In this document: positions 8,626-18,501 of the stretch, piece by piece
Layout of the letters: the number at the start of each line of letters is the position of its first letter
How positions within the stretch are numbered: the stretch's first letter is position 1
NCBI GenBank assembly: GCA_965261975.1
Contig: CBDHEC010000035.1
Location: forward strand, 1 to 25,624
DNA from: Alphaproteobacteria bacterium
Lineage (GTDB): Bacteria > Pseudomonadota > Alphaproteobacteria > UBA6615
Reading direction: 5' to 3'
DNA length: 25,624 bases
The notes under the pieces: model-generated
What the model was told of the DNA's origin: nothing
Database searches by the model: none
Seen by the model: only the letters and a program-made list of their open reading frames with translations
Program-made: the position numbers and the translations under genes

Positions 8626-9171
8626 ATGAGCGATGATACTCAGGATCACGACGGTCATTCTGGGAGCCGGCGCGATTTTCTATACCTTTCCGCCGGCGCG
8701 TTTGCCGGGGTAGGCGGGGCGATCGCGCTCTGGCCGTTCGTCGATTCGATGAACCCCTCGGCCGAGGTGTTGGCCCTGTCCTCCGTCGAGGTTGACGTGT
8801 CGCAGGTCGAGGTCGGACAGCGGATCACGGTGAAATGGCGCGGCAAGCCGGTCTTTATCGACCGACGCACCCCAGCGGCTATCGCCGAGGCCGTCGACAC
8901 GCCGTTGAGCGAACTGCGTGACCCCGAGACAGACGAACAACGCACCGATCGGCCGGAATGGCTCGTTGTTGTGGGTGTCTGTACCCATCTGGGCTGTGTG
9001 CCGCTGGGTCAGAAGGCCTCCGAACCGCGCGGTGAGTGGGGCGGCTGGTTCTGTCCCTGTCACGGGTCCCAATTTGACACCGCAGGTCGCATCCGGAAGG
9101 GCCCGGCACCAACCAATCTGGAGGTGCCCGCGCATACCTTCCTGACTGACACCAATATCAAGATCGGCTGA
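8626..9171 (+). CDS. petA: Ubiquinol-cytochrome c reductase Rieske iron-sulfur subunit
   Basis: Tat motif SRRDFL plus TM helix, KWRGKPVFI, Rieske boxes CTHLGC and [20 protein letters not shown]; ATG 8626 follows AAGGA. Confidence 0.97.
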   Translation: MSDDTQDHDGHSGSRRDFLYLSAGAFAGVGGAIALWPFVDSMNPSAEVLALSSVEVDVSQVEVGQRITVKWRGKPVFIDRRTPAAIAEAVDTPLSELRDPETDEQRTDRPEWLVVVGVCTHLGCVPLGQKASEPRGEWGGWFCPCHGSQFDTAGRIRKGPAPTNLEVPAHTFLTDTNIKIG

Positions 9172-9179
9172 GGCGAATC

Positions 9180-10490
9180 ATGAGCGCTGGAAACCAACAA
9201 CCCGTGGGCAACGGCCTGGTCAAGTGGATCGACACTCGACTGCCGGTCTTTAGTTATCTCCAAAAGGAATATGCCGAGTTTCAGTCCCCCAAGAACTTCA
9301 ACTGGTTCTGGAACTTCGGTGCCATCCTGACCTTCATGCTCGTGCTGATGATGATCACGGGCATCTTCCTGGCGATGCAGTATCAGCCCAACACCGAGCT
9401 GGCCTTCGATTCCGTCGAACGCATCATGCGCGATGTGAACTTCGGCTGGCTGCTGCGCTACCTGCACGCGAATGGCGGCACCTTCTTCTTCATTGCCGTC
9501 TACATCCACATTTTCCGCGGCATGTATTACGGGTCCTACAAGAACCCGCGTGAGCTGCTCTGGATTCTGGGCGTGATCATCCTGGTTCTGATGATGGCGA
9601 CCGCGTTCATGGGCTACGTGCTTCCCTGGGGCCAGATGAGCTTCTGGGGCGCCACGGTCATCACAAACCTGTTCTCCGCGATCCCGCTGGTGGGCGACGC
9701 CATCGTGACCCTGCTCTGGGGCGGCTTCTCGGTCGACAACCCGACCCTGAACCGTTTCTTCGCGCTGCACTATCTGTTCCCGTTCCTGATCTTCGGCGTC
9801 GTGATCCTCCACGTGATCTCGCTGCATGTGTCGGGGTCGAACAACCCGCTGGGTGTTGACCCGAAGGGGCCGCAGGACACGGTGTCCTTCCATCCCTACT
9901 ACACGATGAAGGACAGCGCGGGTCTGGCGATCTTCGTGACGGTCTTCACGTTCTTCGTGTTCTTCGCGCCGAATTTCTTCGGCGAGCCGGAAAACTATCT
10001 CCCGGCTGCACCGTTGAACACGCCGGCGCATATTGTGCCGGAATGGTATTTCCTGCCCTTCTTCGCGATCCTGCGTTCGATCGATTTCAACATCTGGTTC
10101 ATCGAGGCCAAGCTCGGCGGCGTGATCGCCATGTTCGCCGCCATCTTTGTGCTGTTTATCCTGCCCTGGCTCGACAAGTCGCCGGTGCGCAGCGCGAAGT
10201 TCCGTCCGATGTACAAGTGGTTCTTCTGGATCTTCCTGCTCGATTGCCTCCTTCTCGGTTGGGTCGGCGGACGTGCGCCGGATGATCTGGTCTTTGAAGG
10301 CCTGGGCCTGAAGGTAATCCATCTCGGTTACCTCTCGACCTTCTGGTACTTCTTCCACTTCCTGATATTGCTGCCGTTGCTCGGCGTTTTCGAACGACCG
10401 AAGCCATTGCCCAAGAGTATTTCCGAACCCGTTCTCGGGGGTGGAACCACGGGTGCCTCGGCAACTGCCAAGCCGATGGAGAAGGCGTAA
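9180..10490 (+). CDS. petB: Cytochrome b of the bc1 complex
   Basis: WNFG, RYLHANG...[30 protein letters not shown]...ILHV, GSNNPLG, HIVPEWY. Confidence 0.98.
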   Translation: MSAGNQQPVGNGLVKWIDTRLPVFSYLQKEYAEFQSPKNFNWFWNFGAILTFMLVLMMITGIFLAMQYQPNTELAFDSVERIMRDVNFGWLLRYLHANGGTFFFIAVYIHIFRGMYYGSYKNPRELLWILGVIILVLMMATAFMGYVLPWGQMSFWGATVITNLFSAIPLVGDAIVTLLWGGFSVDNPTLNRFFALHYLFPFLIFGVVILHVISLHVSGSNNPLGVDPKGPQDTVSFHPYYTMKDSAGLAIFVTVFTFFVFFAPNFFGEPENYLPAAPLNTPAHIVPEWYFLPFFAILRSIDFNIWFIEAKLGGVIAMFAAIFVLFILPWLDKSPVRSAKFRPMYKWFFWIFLLDCLLLGWVGGRAPDDLVFEGLGLKVIHLGYLSTFWYFFHFLILLPLLGVFERPKPLPKSISEPVLGGGTTGASATAKPMEKA

Positions 10491-11275
10491 TGGGTATCGT
10501 TTCCAAATTGCGCCGCACGGCGGTGGTGGCTGGCCTCGCAGCCGGATTGGCCATGGCCTCGACGGCAGCACTGGCCGCAGGTGACGCCAAGCAACCCGAA
10601 AAACTCGACTGGCCCTTCCAGGGAATCTTCGGGAAGGTGGATTTGCATTCCGCGCAGCGCGGCCTGCAGGTTTATCTCGAGGTCTGCTCGGGTTGTCATT
10701 CACTGAAGCAGGTTGCCTACCGCAACCTGAACGCGCTCGGTTTCACCGAGCCCGAGATCAAGGCGATCGCCGCGAACTTCGATGTGACCGACGGCCCGAA
10801 CGACGAGGGCGAGATGTTCGAACGCCCGGCGATCCCTTCGGATAAGTTCGTGTCGCCGTTCCCGAATGAAGAGGCTGCAAAGGCCGCGAACAACGGTGCC
10901 AACCCGCCGGATCTGTCGTTGCAGGTCAAGGCGCATCCCGGGGGGGCGGATTATATCCACGCGGTGCTGACCGGCTATGCCGATGCGCCCGAGGGTGTCG
11001 AGGTGCCGGCGGGCTCCAACTACAACTCGTACTTCCCTGGTGGGTTCATCGCCATGCCACCGCCCCTGTTTGAGGACGGTGTCGAGTATTCGGATGGCAC
11101 CGCCGCGACCGTCGACCAGATGGCGACCGACGTGGTCAACTTCATGCAGTGGACGGCCGAACCCGAGATGGAGCAGCGCAAGAAGATGGGCTTCAAGGTG
11201 ATGATCTTCCTGATCATCCTCAGTGCATTGCTCTATGCCGCGAAACGCAAAATGTGGGCGAACATCGACCACTGA
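10490..11275 (+). CDS. petC: Cytochrome c1
   Basis: Signal peptide, QRGLQVYLEVCSGCHS (CxxCH), PPDLS, IAMPPPL (Met ligand), C-terminal TM anchor; TAATG overlap with the petB stop. Confidence 0.97.
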   Translation: MGIVSKLRRTAVVAGLAAGLAMASTAALAAGDAKQPEKLDWPFQGIFGKVDLHSAQRGLQVYLEVCSGCHSLKQVAYRNLNALGFTEPEIKAIAANFDVTDGPNDEGEMFERPAIPSDKFVSPFPNEEAAKAANNGANPPDLSLQVKAHPGGADYIHAVLTGYADAPEGVEVPAGSNYNSYFPGGFIAMPPPLFEDGVEYSDGTAATVDQMATDVVNFMQWTAEPEMEQRKKMGFKVMIFLIILSALLYAAKRKMWANIDH

Positions 11276-11292
11276 GCGAAGCAAATTCAGTG

Positions 11293-11330
11293 AAAGGGCC
11301 GTTTGCGAACCCGCAAGCGGCCTTTTTTTT
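11293..11330 (+). terminator. Rho-independent terminator of petABC
   Basis: GGCCGTTTGCG-AACC-CGCAAGCGGCC stem-loop (11 bp with one G-U) followed by T8; a short A-run on the left. Confidence 0.9.
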
Positions 11331-11399
11331 AAGCGCGGTGGCCTACATTCGCTAAACTCTGCCGCAAGCAATACACAAACAATCGCATTGGGGGATCAG

Positions 11400-12281
11400 A
11401 TGGCGCGTGAAACCATCGTCACATGTGCGGTGACCGGCGGTCACCAGAATTTCCAGGACCATCCAAATTTTCCGATTACGCCGAAGCAGATCGCGGAATC
11501 CGCGATCGAGGCGCGGAAGGCAGGGGCGGCGGTGGCGCATATTCATGTGCGCGAACCCGACGGGTCGCGTTCGGGCAATCCCGACTATTTCCGCGAGGTG
11601 GTGGAGCGAATTCGTGACGCCGACTGCGACGTGCTGATCAACCTGACCACGGGCGAGGGTGGCCGTTACGTCCCCAGCGAGGAAGACCCCCAGGTGGGTG
11701 GACCCGGAACGTCCTTGTCCACGCCGGAAGTTCGGGTGCGCCATGTCCTCGACCTGCGCCCTGACATTTGTACGCTTGACGTGGCGACCATGAATTTCGG
11801 TGAGGCCGTGTTCATGAACACGCCCGCCCATTTGCGGCGGATGGCGGAACTCATCAAGGATGCCGGCGTGAAGCCCGAGATCGAGGTCTTCGAGCCGGGC
11901 CATATCCGGCTTGCGGTCGACATGATCAAGAACGGTTTCATCGAATCGCCGCCGCTGTTCCAGCTCTGCCTTGGCATTCCCTGGGGATCGCCCGCGACGC
12001 CTCAAATGGTGCAGGTCATGCATTCGATGCTGCCGCGTGACGCCAACTGGGCAGCCTTCGGAATCAGCCGCTGGGAGTTCCCGATCGTCGCCGAGGTTGT
12101 CAACAATGGCGGCCATGTGCGTGTCGGGCTCGAGGACAACCTCTATCTGACCAAGGGTGAGTTCGCGAGCAACGGACAGCTTGTCGACAAGGCGGTTCGG
12201 ATCATGCATGAGCTCGACGCAGAGCCGGTCGAGCCGGCGCGCGCTGCCGAGATGCTCGACCTGCTGCCGCGCGCGCAATAG
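11400..12281 (+). CDS. Beta-keto acid cleavage enzyme (BKACE / 3-keto-5-aminohexanoate cleavage protein family, DUF849)
   Basis: IVTCAVTG, PITPKQIAESAIEA..AGAAVAHIHVR (HxH metal ligands), KPEIEVF, GGHVRVGLEDN, SNGQLV. ATG 11400 follows GGGGGA. Confidence 0.93.
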   Translation: MARETIVTCAVTGGHQNFQDHPNFPITPKQIAESAIEARKAGAAVAHIHVREPDGSRSGNPDYFREVVERIRDADCDVLINLTTGEGGRYVPSEEDPQVGGPGTSLSTPEVRVRHVLDLRPDICTLDVATMNFGEAVFMNTPAHLRRMAELIKDAGVKPEIEVFEPGHIRLAVDMIKNGFIESPPLFQLCLGIPWGSPATPQMVQVMHSMLPRDANWAAFGISRWEFPIVAEVVNNGGHVRVGLEDNLYLTKGEFASNGQLVDKAVRIMHELDAEPVEPARAAEMLDLLPRAQ

Positions 12282-12289
12282 GCCGCCAT

Positions 12290-13180
12290 ATGGAGCCTAA
12301 TCACACCGGCGTGCCGCCGATGCTCGGGATTATCGGTGGCAGCGGAATTTACGACATCGAGGGCCTGACGGATGTTCGCTGGGAGGCGGTCGATACGCCG
12401 TTCGGCAGCCCGTCCGACGAGCTGATGTTCGGCACCCTCGATGGTCTTCCCATCGTGTTCCTGCCGCGCCATGGCCGGGGACACCGGGTGCCGCCGTCGG
12501 AGCTGAACTTCCGCGCCAACATCTATGCGCTCAAGCGTGTCGGGGTGACGGAGATTCTCTCGCTCTCGGCTGTAGGGTCCCTGCGAGAAGATCTCGCGCC
12601 GGGATCGTTCGTGATCGTCGATCAGTTCATCGACAGGACCTTTGCACGGGTCAAGTCCTTCTTCGAAACCGGCCTGGTCGCCCATGTCTCGATGGCCGAT
12701 CCGGTTTGCGGGCGGCTGGGCGATCATATCGAGGCCGCTGCGACAGGGCTGGGGATCGACATCACCCGCGGTGGGACCTATCTGGTCATGGAAGGCCCGC
12801 AATTTTCATCGCGCGCGGAGTCGGAGCTCTATCGCTCCTGGGGATGTTCGGTCATCGGGATGACCAACATGCCCGAGGCGAAACTCGCCCGGGAGGCCGA
12901 GATTTGCTACGCGACGGTCGCGATGGTCACGGATTTCGATTGCTGGCATGAGGACCATGAGGATGTGACAGTCGACCAGGTGATCGAGGTTCTGATGGGC
13001 AATGCAGAGAAGGGGCGCAGCCTGGTGCGTGCCCTGGCACCCCGGCTCGCGGGCCGGGACGATGTCTGCGGGCAGGGTTGTCACACCGCCCTGGACAACG
13101 CCCTGATCACTGCACCAGACGCGCGTGATCCGGCCATGATTGATCGTTTGTCCGCAGTGGCTGGGCGTGTTGTCGGGTAA
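12290..13180 (+). CDS. mtnP: S-methyl-5'-thioadenosine phosphorylase
   Basis: GIIGGSG, LPRHGRGH, NFRANIYALK, DQFIDRT, MEGPQFSSRAES, GMTNMPEAKLAREAEICY, VTDFDCW. Confidence 0.95.
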   Translation: MEPNHTGVPPMLGIIGGSGIYDIEGLTDVRWEAVDTPFGSPSDELMFGTLDGLPIVFLPRHGRGHRVPPSELNFRANIYALKRVGVTEILSLSAVGSLREDLAPGSFVIVDQFIDRTFARVKSFFETGLVAHVSMADPVCGRLGDHIEAAATGLGIDITRGGTYLVMEGPQFSSRAESELYRSWGCSVIGMTNMPEAKLAREAEICYATVAMVTDFDCWHEDHEDVTVDQVIEVLMGNAEKGRSLVRALAPRLAGRDDVCGQGCHTALDNALITAPDARDPAMIDRLSAVAGRVVG

Positions 13181-13303
13181 TTTCTTTTAAAAACAGTCGG
13201 TTGTGCGGGCGACCTTCCGGCACCGTTGCGGACGTAATAGAATGCATCAAACGGCAATCCGGCCCATGCGGGTTCGAGACGATTGCCCGGGGAGCAGTAA
13301 AAC

Positions 13304-14200
13304 ATGCCAGACGCGAACGGCCACGATACGGTGACCGACCGTCCGATTGCGGGAGTCGATCACGCGCTGATCGGTGTCGCCGATTTGGATGCGGCGCGAG
13401 ATACCTTTACGCGGCTTGGATTTACCATCTCGCCGCGGGGGCGTCATATCGGCTGGGGGACCGGCAACTACACGATCATGTTCGAGCATGATTATGTGGA
13501 GCTGCTGGGGGTCATCGATCCGTCGCAGTATATTCACCGCCTCGATGAATTTCTGGAGACCGGCGAAGGGCTGCTGAATGTGGCCCTCGGCACAGCCGAT
13601 GCCGAAGCCGCGTTCAACTGGCTCAAGGCACAGGGCGTGAATGCGGCACCGCCCGAGCAGTTGCAGCGCCTGCTCGAGACCGAGGAGGGCGACGAGACCC
13701 TCAAGTTTCGCAACGTCTATATTCCCAACGACATCACCCCGGGTCTGAACACGTTCGCGTGCGAGCATCTCACACCCGAGAAGCTGCGGCGTGCGAGCTG
13801 GCTGTCACACCCCAACGGCGCGCGCCGGATTTCGGAAGTCACCATCGTGATGGAGACACTCGACGGCGTGGGGGATTGTTATGTCCGGTTGTACGGTGAA
13901 GAGGCGGTGTCGGGGGACGAGCGCAAAGGCAACATCACGGTCGATACGGGCCGCGACGAGCTCTGGTTCGTCACGCCCAAGACCTTTCCCGAGCGGCACT
14001 ATGACAAGACGATCGATGAGAGCCTGCCGCTGCCGCGACTGGCAGCACTCACGCTCGAGGTCGCCGATACCCAGGCGACGGCGCTGTATCTGTCCGGACA
14101 GCAGGTGGCGTTCGAGCGCGACAGCACCGATGCGGTGATTGTCTCATCGGAGGAGGCCTGCGGGACCTTCCTGGTATTTGCCGACGCGCCCGGGGACTAG
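13304..14200 (+). CDS. VOC family protein (glyoxalase-like, Glyoxalase_3 type)
   Basis: VDHALIGVADLDAARDTFTRLGFTISPRGRH..WGTGN...YVELLG, later HPNGARRISEV; GGGGAG SD upstream. Confidence 0.88.
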   Translation: MPDANGHDTVTDRPIAGVDHALIGVADLDAARDTFTRLGFTISPRGRHIGWGTGNYTIMFEHDYVELLGVIDPSQYIHRLDEFLETGEGLLNVALGTADAEAAFNWLKAQGVNAAPPEQLQRLLETEEGDETLKFRNVYIPNDITPGLNTFACEHLTPEKLRRASWLSHPNGARRISEVTIVMETLDGVGDCYVRLYGEEAVSGDERKGNITVDTGRDELWFVTPKTFPERHYDKTIDESLPLPRLAALTLEVADTQATALYLSGQQVAFERDSTDAVIVSSEEACGTFLVFADAPGD

Positions 14201-14220
14201 CCGGACCGGCTACCGGTACC

Positions 14221-14889
14221 CTAGCCGATATTCGCCGTCAGGAATTCCAGCGTGCGGCCCATCGCCTGGCCGGCTGCTTCCTTGTGATAGGAGCCGCGGC
14301 GCGAGCAGCTGAAACCATGTCCCGCGCCCTCATAGATGAAGCTCGGAATGTCGGGATGCTCGGCCTCGACATTATGGACCCCGTCGAGGGGGATGCCTGC
14401 GTCTTCCGCGCCCCAATGGAACATGACCGGGCATTTGGGTGCTTCACCGCTGTTCGACAGAATATCGCCGCCGTAATAGCAAACCGCCGCCGACACCGAC
14501 GAGCGGGCTGCCGCGAACCATGCGACCGAACCGCCCATGCAGAAGCCGACCACGCCAATCTTGCCGGCACCGTCAATCTGCGCGATCGCCGCGTCCACGT
14601 CCTTGACCACGTCGTCCCAGTCCAGCGCGCCCTTGAGGGCACGACCCTTGGCCATGCCGTCTTCGTTGAATTCGAGGACCGCGTCGCGCTCATGGCGGTC
14701 GAACAATGCCGGTGCAATGGCGACGTAGCCTTCCTTGGCAAAATTGTCGACGGTCTCGCGGATGTCGTCATTGACGCCGAAAATTTCCTGAATGATGACC
14801 ACGCCACCACGCGGCGCGCCGTCGGGTGCGGCCTGATAGGCGTCAAGCTCATGTCCGTCGGCAGCCGTCAGTTTTAGATCGGTACCCAT
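14221..14889 (-). CDS. Dienelactone hydrolase family protein (carboxymethylenebutenolidase-like)
   Basis: VVIIQEIFGVN, nucleophile motif GFCMGG, YYGG, HWGAEDAGIP, YEGAGHGF (Cys-Asp-His triad); GGGAGG SD. Confidence 0.93.
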   Translation of the reverse strand: MGTDLKLTAADGHELDAYQAAPDGAPRGGVVIIQEIFGVNDDIRETVDNFAKEGYVAIAPALFDRHERDAVLEFNEDGMAKGRALKGALDWDDVVKDVDAAIAQIDGAGKIGVVGFCMGGSVAWFAAARSSVSAAVCYYGGDILSNSGEAPKCPVMFHWGAEDAGIPLDGVHNVEAEHPDIPSFIYEGAGHGFSCSRRGSYHKEAAGQAMGRTLEFLTANIG

Positions 14890-14942
14890 TGTTCGTTCCT
14901 CCCAACCAGGTTCATTTTCTGTTTCGAGATGATCCTAGAACG

Positions 14943-16043
14943 CTAGACGTTGAAGCGAAACAGCATCACGTCGCCGTCCTGGACCTTGTAATCGCGGCCT
15001 TCCTGCCGCATGCGGCCGGCTTCGCGTGCGCCCTGTTCACCACCATGCTCGACATAGTCGGCATATCCGATCGTCTCCGCGCGGATGAAGCCCTTCTGGA
15101 AATCCGTGTGTATGCGCCCGGCCGCGTCATAGGCGGTGGCGGCGCCCGCCACCGTCCAGGCCCGGGTTTCCTTGGGGCCGACGGTGAAGAACGTCATCAG
15201 GTGGAGGAGTTCATAGCCGGCGCGAATGACCCGTGAAAGGCCGGTATCGGACAGTCCCAACCCTTCGAGGAATTCGGCCCGTTCGGCGAGATCCTCGAGC
15301 TGTGCCACCTCGGATTCGATTTCCGCCGACACGATAACAATGCCGGCACCGTTCTCCGCGGCCATCTCGGCGACGGCCTGGGTGTGGGCATTGCCATCGA
15401 CCGCGGATTCCTCGTCCACGTTACAGACATAGAGTACCGGCTTGGAGGTGAGTAGCTGCAGCTGCTGGAATTCGACCTGCTGATCGTCGGGAATATTCGC
15501 GGTTCGGGCCGGGCGACCGTCCTGCAGGGCGGCCAACACGGGTTCCAGCAACTGGAGTTCGGCGCGGGAGGCCTTGTCACCTCCCTTGGCGCGTTTCTCG
15601 GTCGTCTCGTAGCGCCGCTCCATGGCCTCCAGGTCGGCGATCAGTAGTTCGGTCTCGACGATCTCGGCGTCGCGGACCGGGTCCACGCCGCCCTCGACAT
15701 GGGTGACCCCGCTATCGTCGAAGCAGCGCAGCACATGGCAGACCGCATCGACCTCGCGAATATGGGACAGGAACTTGTTCCCCAACCCTTCGCCCTTGCT
15801 CGCACCGCGCACCAGCCCGGCGATATCCACGAATTCCAGGTAGGTCGGGATGATCTCGGCGGACTTCGCCAGGTCCGCCAGCGTGGCCAGACGATCGTCG
15901 GGAACCGCCACGCGACCGGCATTCGGCTCGATGGTGCAGAACGGATAGTTTGCCGATTCCGCCTGCGCGGTCGCGGTCAGCGCGTTGAACAGGGTGGATT
16001 TGCCGACATTGGGCAAACCGACGATCCCACAATTGAAACCCAT
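14943..16043 (-). CDS. ychF: Redox-regulated ribosome-binding ATPase YchF
   Basis: [50 protein letters not shown] domain [17 protein letters not shown]...FRFNV. Confidence 0.98.
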   Translation of the reverse strand: MGFNCGIVGLPNVGKSTLFNALTATAQAESANYPFCTIEPNAGRVAVPDDRLATLADLAKSAEIIPTYLEFVDIAGLVRGASKGEGLGNKFLSHIREVDAVCHVLRCFDDSGVTHVEGGVDPVRDAEIVETELLIADLEAMERRYETTEKRAKGGDKASRAELQLLEPVLAALQDGRPARTANIPDDQQVEFQQLQLLTSKPVLYVCNVDEESAVDGNAHTQAVAEMAAENGAGIVIVSAEIESEVAQLEDLAERAEFLEGLGLSDTGLSRVIRAGYELLHLMTFFTVGPKETRAWTVAGAATAYDAAGRIHTDFQKGFIRAETIGYADYVEHGGEQGAREAGRMRQEGRDYKVQDGDVMLFRFNV

Positions 16044-16044
16044 G

Positions 16045-16776
16045 CTAGTCGCGTCCTCGTATCCGGTTCATGGCGCGCGACAATGCGTTGCCGACCGCGG
16101 TATCAGGTTCGGATGGCGCCGGCGGTGAGCCTGCGTCTTTGGTCTTGTTGCCGGGCTTCTTGGCGGCCGATTTCGGCTGCGCCGGTTCGCTCTCGCCATG
16201 AACGGTCCCCTGGACAGCCATGGCGACCCGGCTCATGAAGTCGCTCGCCCGGCCCTCGAACAGGGCGGGAAGCTCGTCGGCCACGGCGGCCAGCTCGCGG
16301 GTGAGCCAATCCTGGTCGGCCTTGGAAAAGTCGCCGAGCACGTATTTCTTGACCTGGGCCTTGTCGCCGGGGTGACCGACCCCGAGGCGTACGCGCCAGT
16401 AGTTCTTGTCGCCGAGATGGGCGTCGATGCTGCGCAGGCCGTTATGTCCCGCATGGCCGCCCCCCTGCTTGACGCGCAGCTTGGCGGCGACCAGGTCGAT
16501 CTCGTCATAGATCACGATGACATCTTCGGGTGCCAGCTTGTAAAAGCGCACGGCCTCGCCGACCGCGCGGCCGGACTCGTTCATGAAGGTCGCCGGCTTC
16601 AGGACGATGACCCGTACGCCACCGACCTGACCCTCGCTGACATCACCCTGGAACTTGGCGCGGGGCGCAGAAAGGCCATGGCGGCGAACGATCTCGTCCG
16701 CCGCCATGAAGCCGATATTATGTCGGTTGTTTCGGTGTTTCGGGCCGGGATTTCCGAGCCCCACAACCAATCGCAT
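16045..16776 (-). CDS. pth: Peptidyl-tRNA hydrolase
   Basis: LVVGLGNPG, RHNIGF, KPATFMNESG, YDEIDL, GGHAGHNGLRSI, RVRLGVGHPG; low-complexity C-terminal tail. Confidence 0.97.
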   Translation of the reverse strand: MRLVVGLGNPGPKHRNNRHNIGFMAADEIVRRHGLSAPRAKFQGDVSEGQVGGVRVIVLKPATFMNESGRAVGEAVRFYKLAPEDVIVIYDEIDLVAAKLRVKQGGGHAGHNGLRSIDAHLGDKNYWRVRLGVGHPGDKAQVKKYVLGDFSKADQDWLTRELAAVADELPALFEGRASDFMSRVAMAVQGTVHGESEPAQPKSAAKKPGNKTKDAGSPPAPSEPDTAVGNALSRAMNRIRGRD

Positions 16777-16806
16777 TTTCTGCTCGCCCGTTTGTGGGAC
16801 GGCGGG

Positions 16807-17487
16807 TTATTCCTCGTCGCCCTCGCCGTCGGTGCCTTCGCCTTCACCTTCTTCGCCCTCTTCACCCGCTTCGCCTTCTTCAAGCTCGGCATCCGGGTCG
16901 ACTTCGTCTTCGACCGGCGCGACCGTCGGCGCGGCAATGGTTGCGATGGTGAAGTCACGGTCCGTAATCGTCGGCTTGACGCCGTCCGGCAGCGTGATGT
17001 CGGAGATGTGGATGCTGTCACCAACGTCCAGGCCGGTCAGGTCGGCCACGAACTCCTCGGGAATGGCACCCGCGCGGCAAACAACCTCGACCGCATGTCG
17101 CACGATGTTGAGAACGCCGCCGCCTCTGAGGCCGGGGGATTCTTCTTCGTTCTCGAAACGAACCTGAATTTCCAGGTTGATGCGTGTGCGTTCGGTAACA
17201 CGCAGGAAATCCAGATGCATCGGCACATCGGTGACCGGATGTACCTGCAATTCGCGGCACAAGACCTGCTGCTGGCTTCCATCGACATCGATATCGAACA
17301 GCGTGGCGAAAAAGCCCGGCTGTGCGAGAGCGGCCCGCAACTGGGCCGGCGTGATGGAAATGGGTTCGGGGTCTTTGTTCGCGCCATAGATCACCGCCGG
17401 CACTTTGCCGAGGCGTCGAGTTGCACGGGCGGCCCCCTTGCCGACCTGTGCGCGCGATTCCGCGTTAAACGTCACGGTATCCGCCAT
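16807..17487 (-). CDS. rplY: 50S ribosomal protein L25 / general stress protein Ctc
   Basis: GKGAARATRRLGKVPAVIYG, LQVHPVTDVPMHLDFLRV, SPGLRGGG, LDVGDSIHISDI, acidic tail; AGAGGAG SD before ATG 17487. Confidence 0.97.
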   Translation of the reverse strand: MADTVTFNAESRAQVGKGAARATRRLGKVPAVIYGANKDPEPISITPAQLRAALAQPGFFATLFDIDVDGSQQQVLCRELQVHPVTDVPMHLDFLRVTERTRINLEIQVRFENEEESPGLRGGGVLNIVRHAVEVVCRAGAIPEEFVADLTGLDVGDSIHISDITLPDGVKPTITDRDFTIATIAAPTVAPVEDEVDPDAELEEGEAGEEGEEGEGEGTDGEGDEE

Positions 17488-17502
17488 GATAAACTCCTCT
17501 GA

Positions 17503-17535
17503 CCCGGCCATGCCTCCAAGGGTGCCACGACCGGG
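17503..17535 (-). promoter_or_regulatory. Stem-loop in the rplY leader (candidate cis-regulatory RNA)
   Basis: mRNA CCCGGUCGUG-GCACCCUUGGAGG-CAUGGCCGGG: a 10-bp stem (two G-U) ending just upstream of the SD. Confidence 0.45.
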
Positions 17536-17568
17536 GCGGTTAAATATCGACGCCGGATGCGCCGAATT

Positions 17569-18501
17569 CTAATTGAACAGACTTGAAACCGAGGCTTCGC
17601 GGCTGATGCGGTCTATCGCCTTGCCCAGCAGGGGGGCGACCGTCAGCTGCCGGATGTTGCTCGCCACACGCACCGCTTCGGTTGCCTGTATCGAGTCCGT
17701 CATCACCAGGGTTTCCAGCGGAGATGCCGCAACACGCCCCACGGCACCACCCGACAGCACACCGTGCGTCACATAGGCCGATACCGATTTGGCGCCCTGA
17801 TTCATCAACGCTGAAGCGGCGTTACACAAGGTGCCGGCGCTATCACAGATATCGTCGACAAGAATGCACCGCCGCTGGTCGACGTCACCGATGATGTTCA
17901 TGACTTCGGAAACGCCAGCCCGTTCGCGGCGCTTATCGATGATCGCGAGATCGGCGTCAAGGCGTTTGGCCAATCCCCGGGCGCGCACAACGCCGCCCAC
18001 GTCGGGGGAAACAATGACCAGTTCGTCGTCTTTCGCCTGACTCTCGATGTCTTCGGAGAACAGCGGGCCGCCAAAAAGGTTGTCGACGGGGATATCGAAG
18101 AACCCCTGAATCTGGCCCGCATGCAGATCGAGGGTCAGTACCCGGTCGGCACCAGCGCGGGTGATCAGGTTGGCAACGAGTTTCGCCGAGATCGGCGTCC
18201 GTGGCCCGGTTTTCCGGTCTTGCCGGGCATACCCGAAATAGGGGATCACGGCCGTGATCCGGCGTGCAGAACCGCGCCGCAGCGCGTCCAGCGTGACCAG
18301 AAGCTCCATCAGATTGTCGTTGGCCGGGTAGGATGTGGACTGGACGACGAAGACGTCCTCGCCGCGCACATTCTCCAGGATCTCGACAAACACTTCCATG
18401 TCCGAGAAACGTCGGATGGAGGCCTGTGTCAGCTCAATATTCAGATATGCCGAAATTGCCTCGGCAAGCGGGCGGTTGCTGTTGCACGCCAGCACCTTCA
18501 T
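17569..18501 (-). CDS. prs: Ribose-phosphate pyrophosphokinase (PRPP synthetase)
   Basis: [45 protein letters not shown] motif [12 protein letters not shown]. Confidence 0.98.
   Translation of the reverse strand: MKVLACNSNRPLAEAISAYLNIELTQASIRRFSDMEVFVEILENVRGEDVFVVQSTSYPANDNLMELLVTLDALRRGSARRITAVIPYFGYARQDRKTGPRTPISAKLVANLITRAGADRVLTLDLHAGQIQGFFDIPVDNLFGGPLFSEDIESQAKDDELVIVSPDVGGVVRARGLAKRLDADLAIIDKRRERAGVSEVMNIIGDVDQRRCILVDDICDSAGTLCNAASALMNQGAKSVSAYVTHGVLSGGAVGRVAASPLETLVMTDSIQATEAVRVASNIRQLTVAPLLGKAIDRISREASVSSLFN

Noticed and set aside
9060-10703. 547-aa minus-strand ORF
   Set aside because: Antisense shadow of petB; biased codon use in GC-rich genes keeps the opposite frame open; no recognisable motifs.
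11223-11399. 59-aa N-terminal extension of BKACE in the ORF track (similar extensions for moxR, trmL, petA, rplY, pgeF)
   Set aside because: It runs through the petC end and the terminator; family homology and SD motifs begin at the downstream starts used above.
13181-13303. Possible SAM-II or SAM/SAH riboswitch next to mtnP
   Set aside because: Lacks the conserved SAM-II elements (GAUUU...GCUAAA) and lies downstream of mtnP.
16045-16210. Pro/Lys/Ala-rich C-terminal extension of Pth (likewise the Lys/Ser tail of UbiK at about 23706-23787)
   Set aside because: Such low-complexity tails are common in alphaproteobacterial orthologs.
16810-16885. Repetitive TCGCCC/TTCACC tract
   Set aside because: Encodes the Glu/Gly-rich acidic tail typical of Ctc/L25; not a DNA repeat element.
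16198-17502. 434-aa plus-strand ORF
   Set aside because: Antisense to pth and rplY; shadow ORF.
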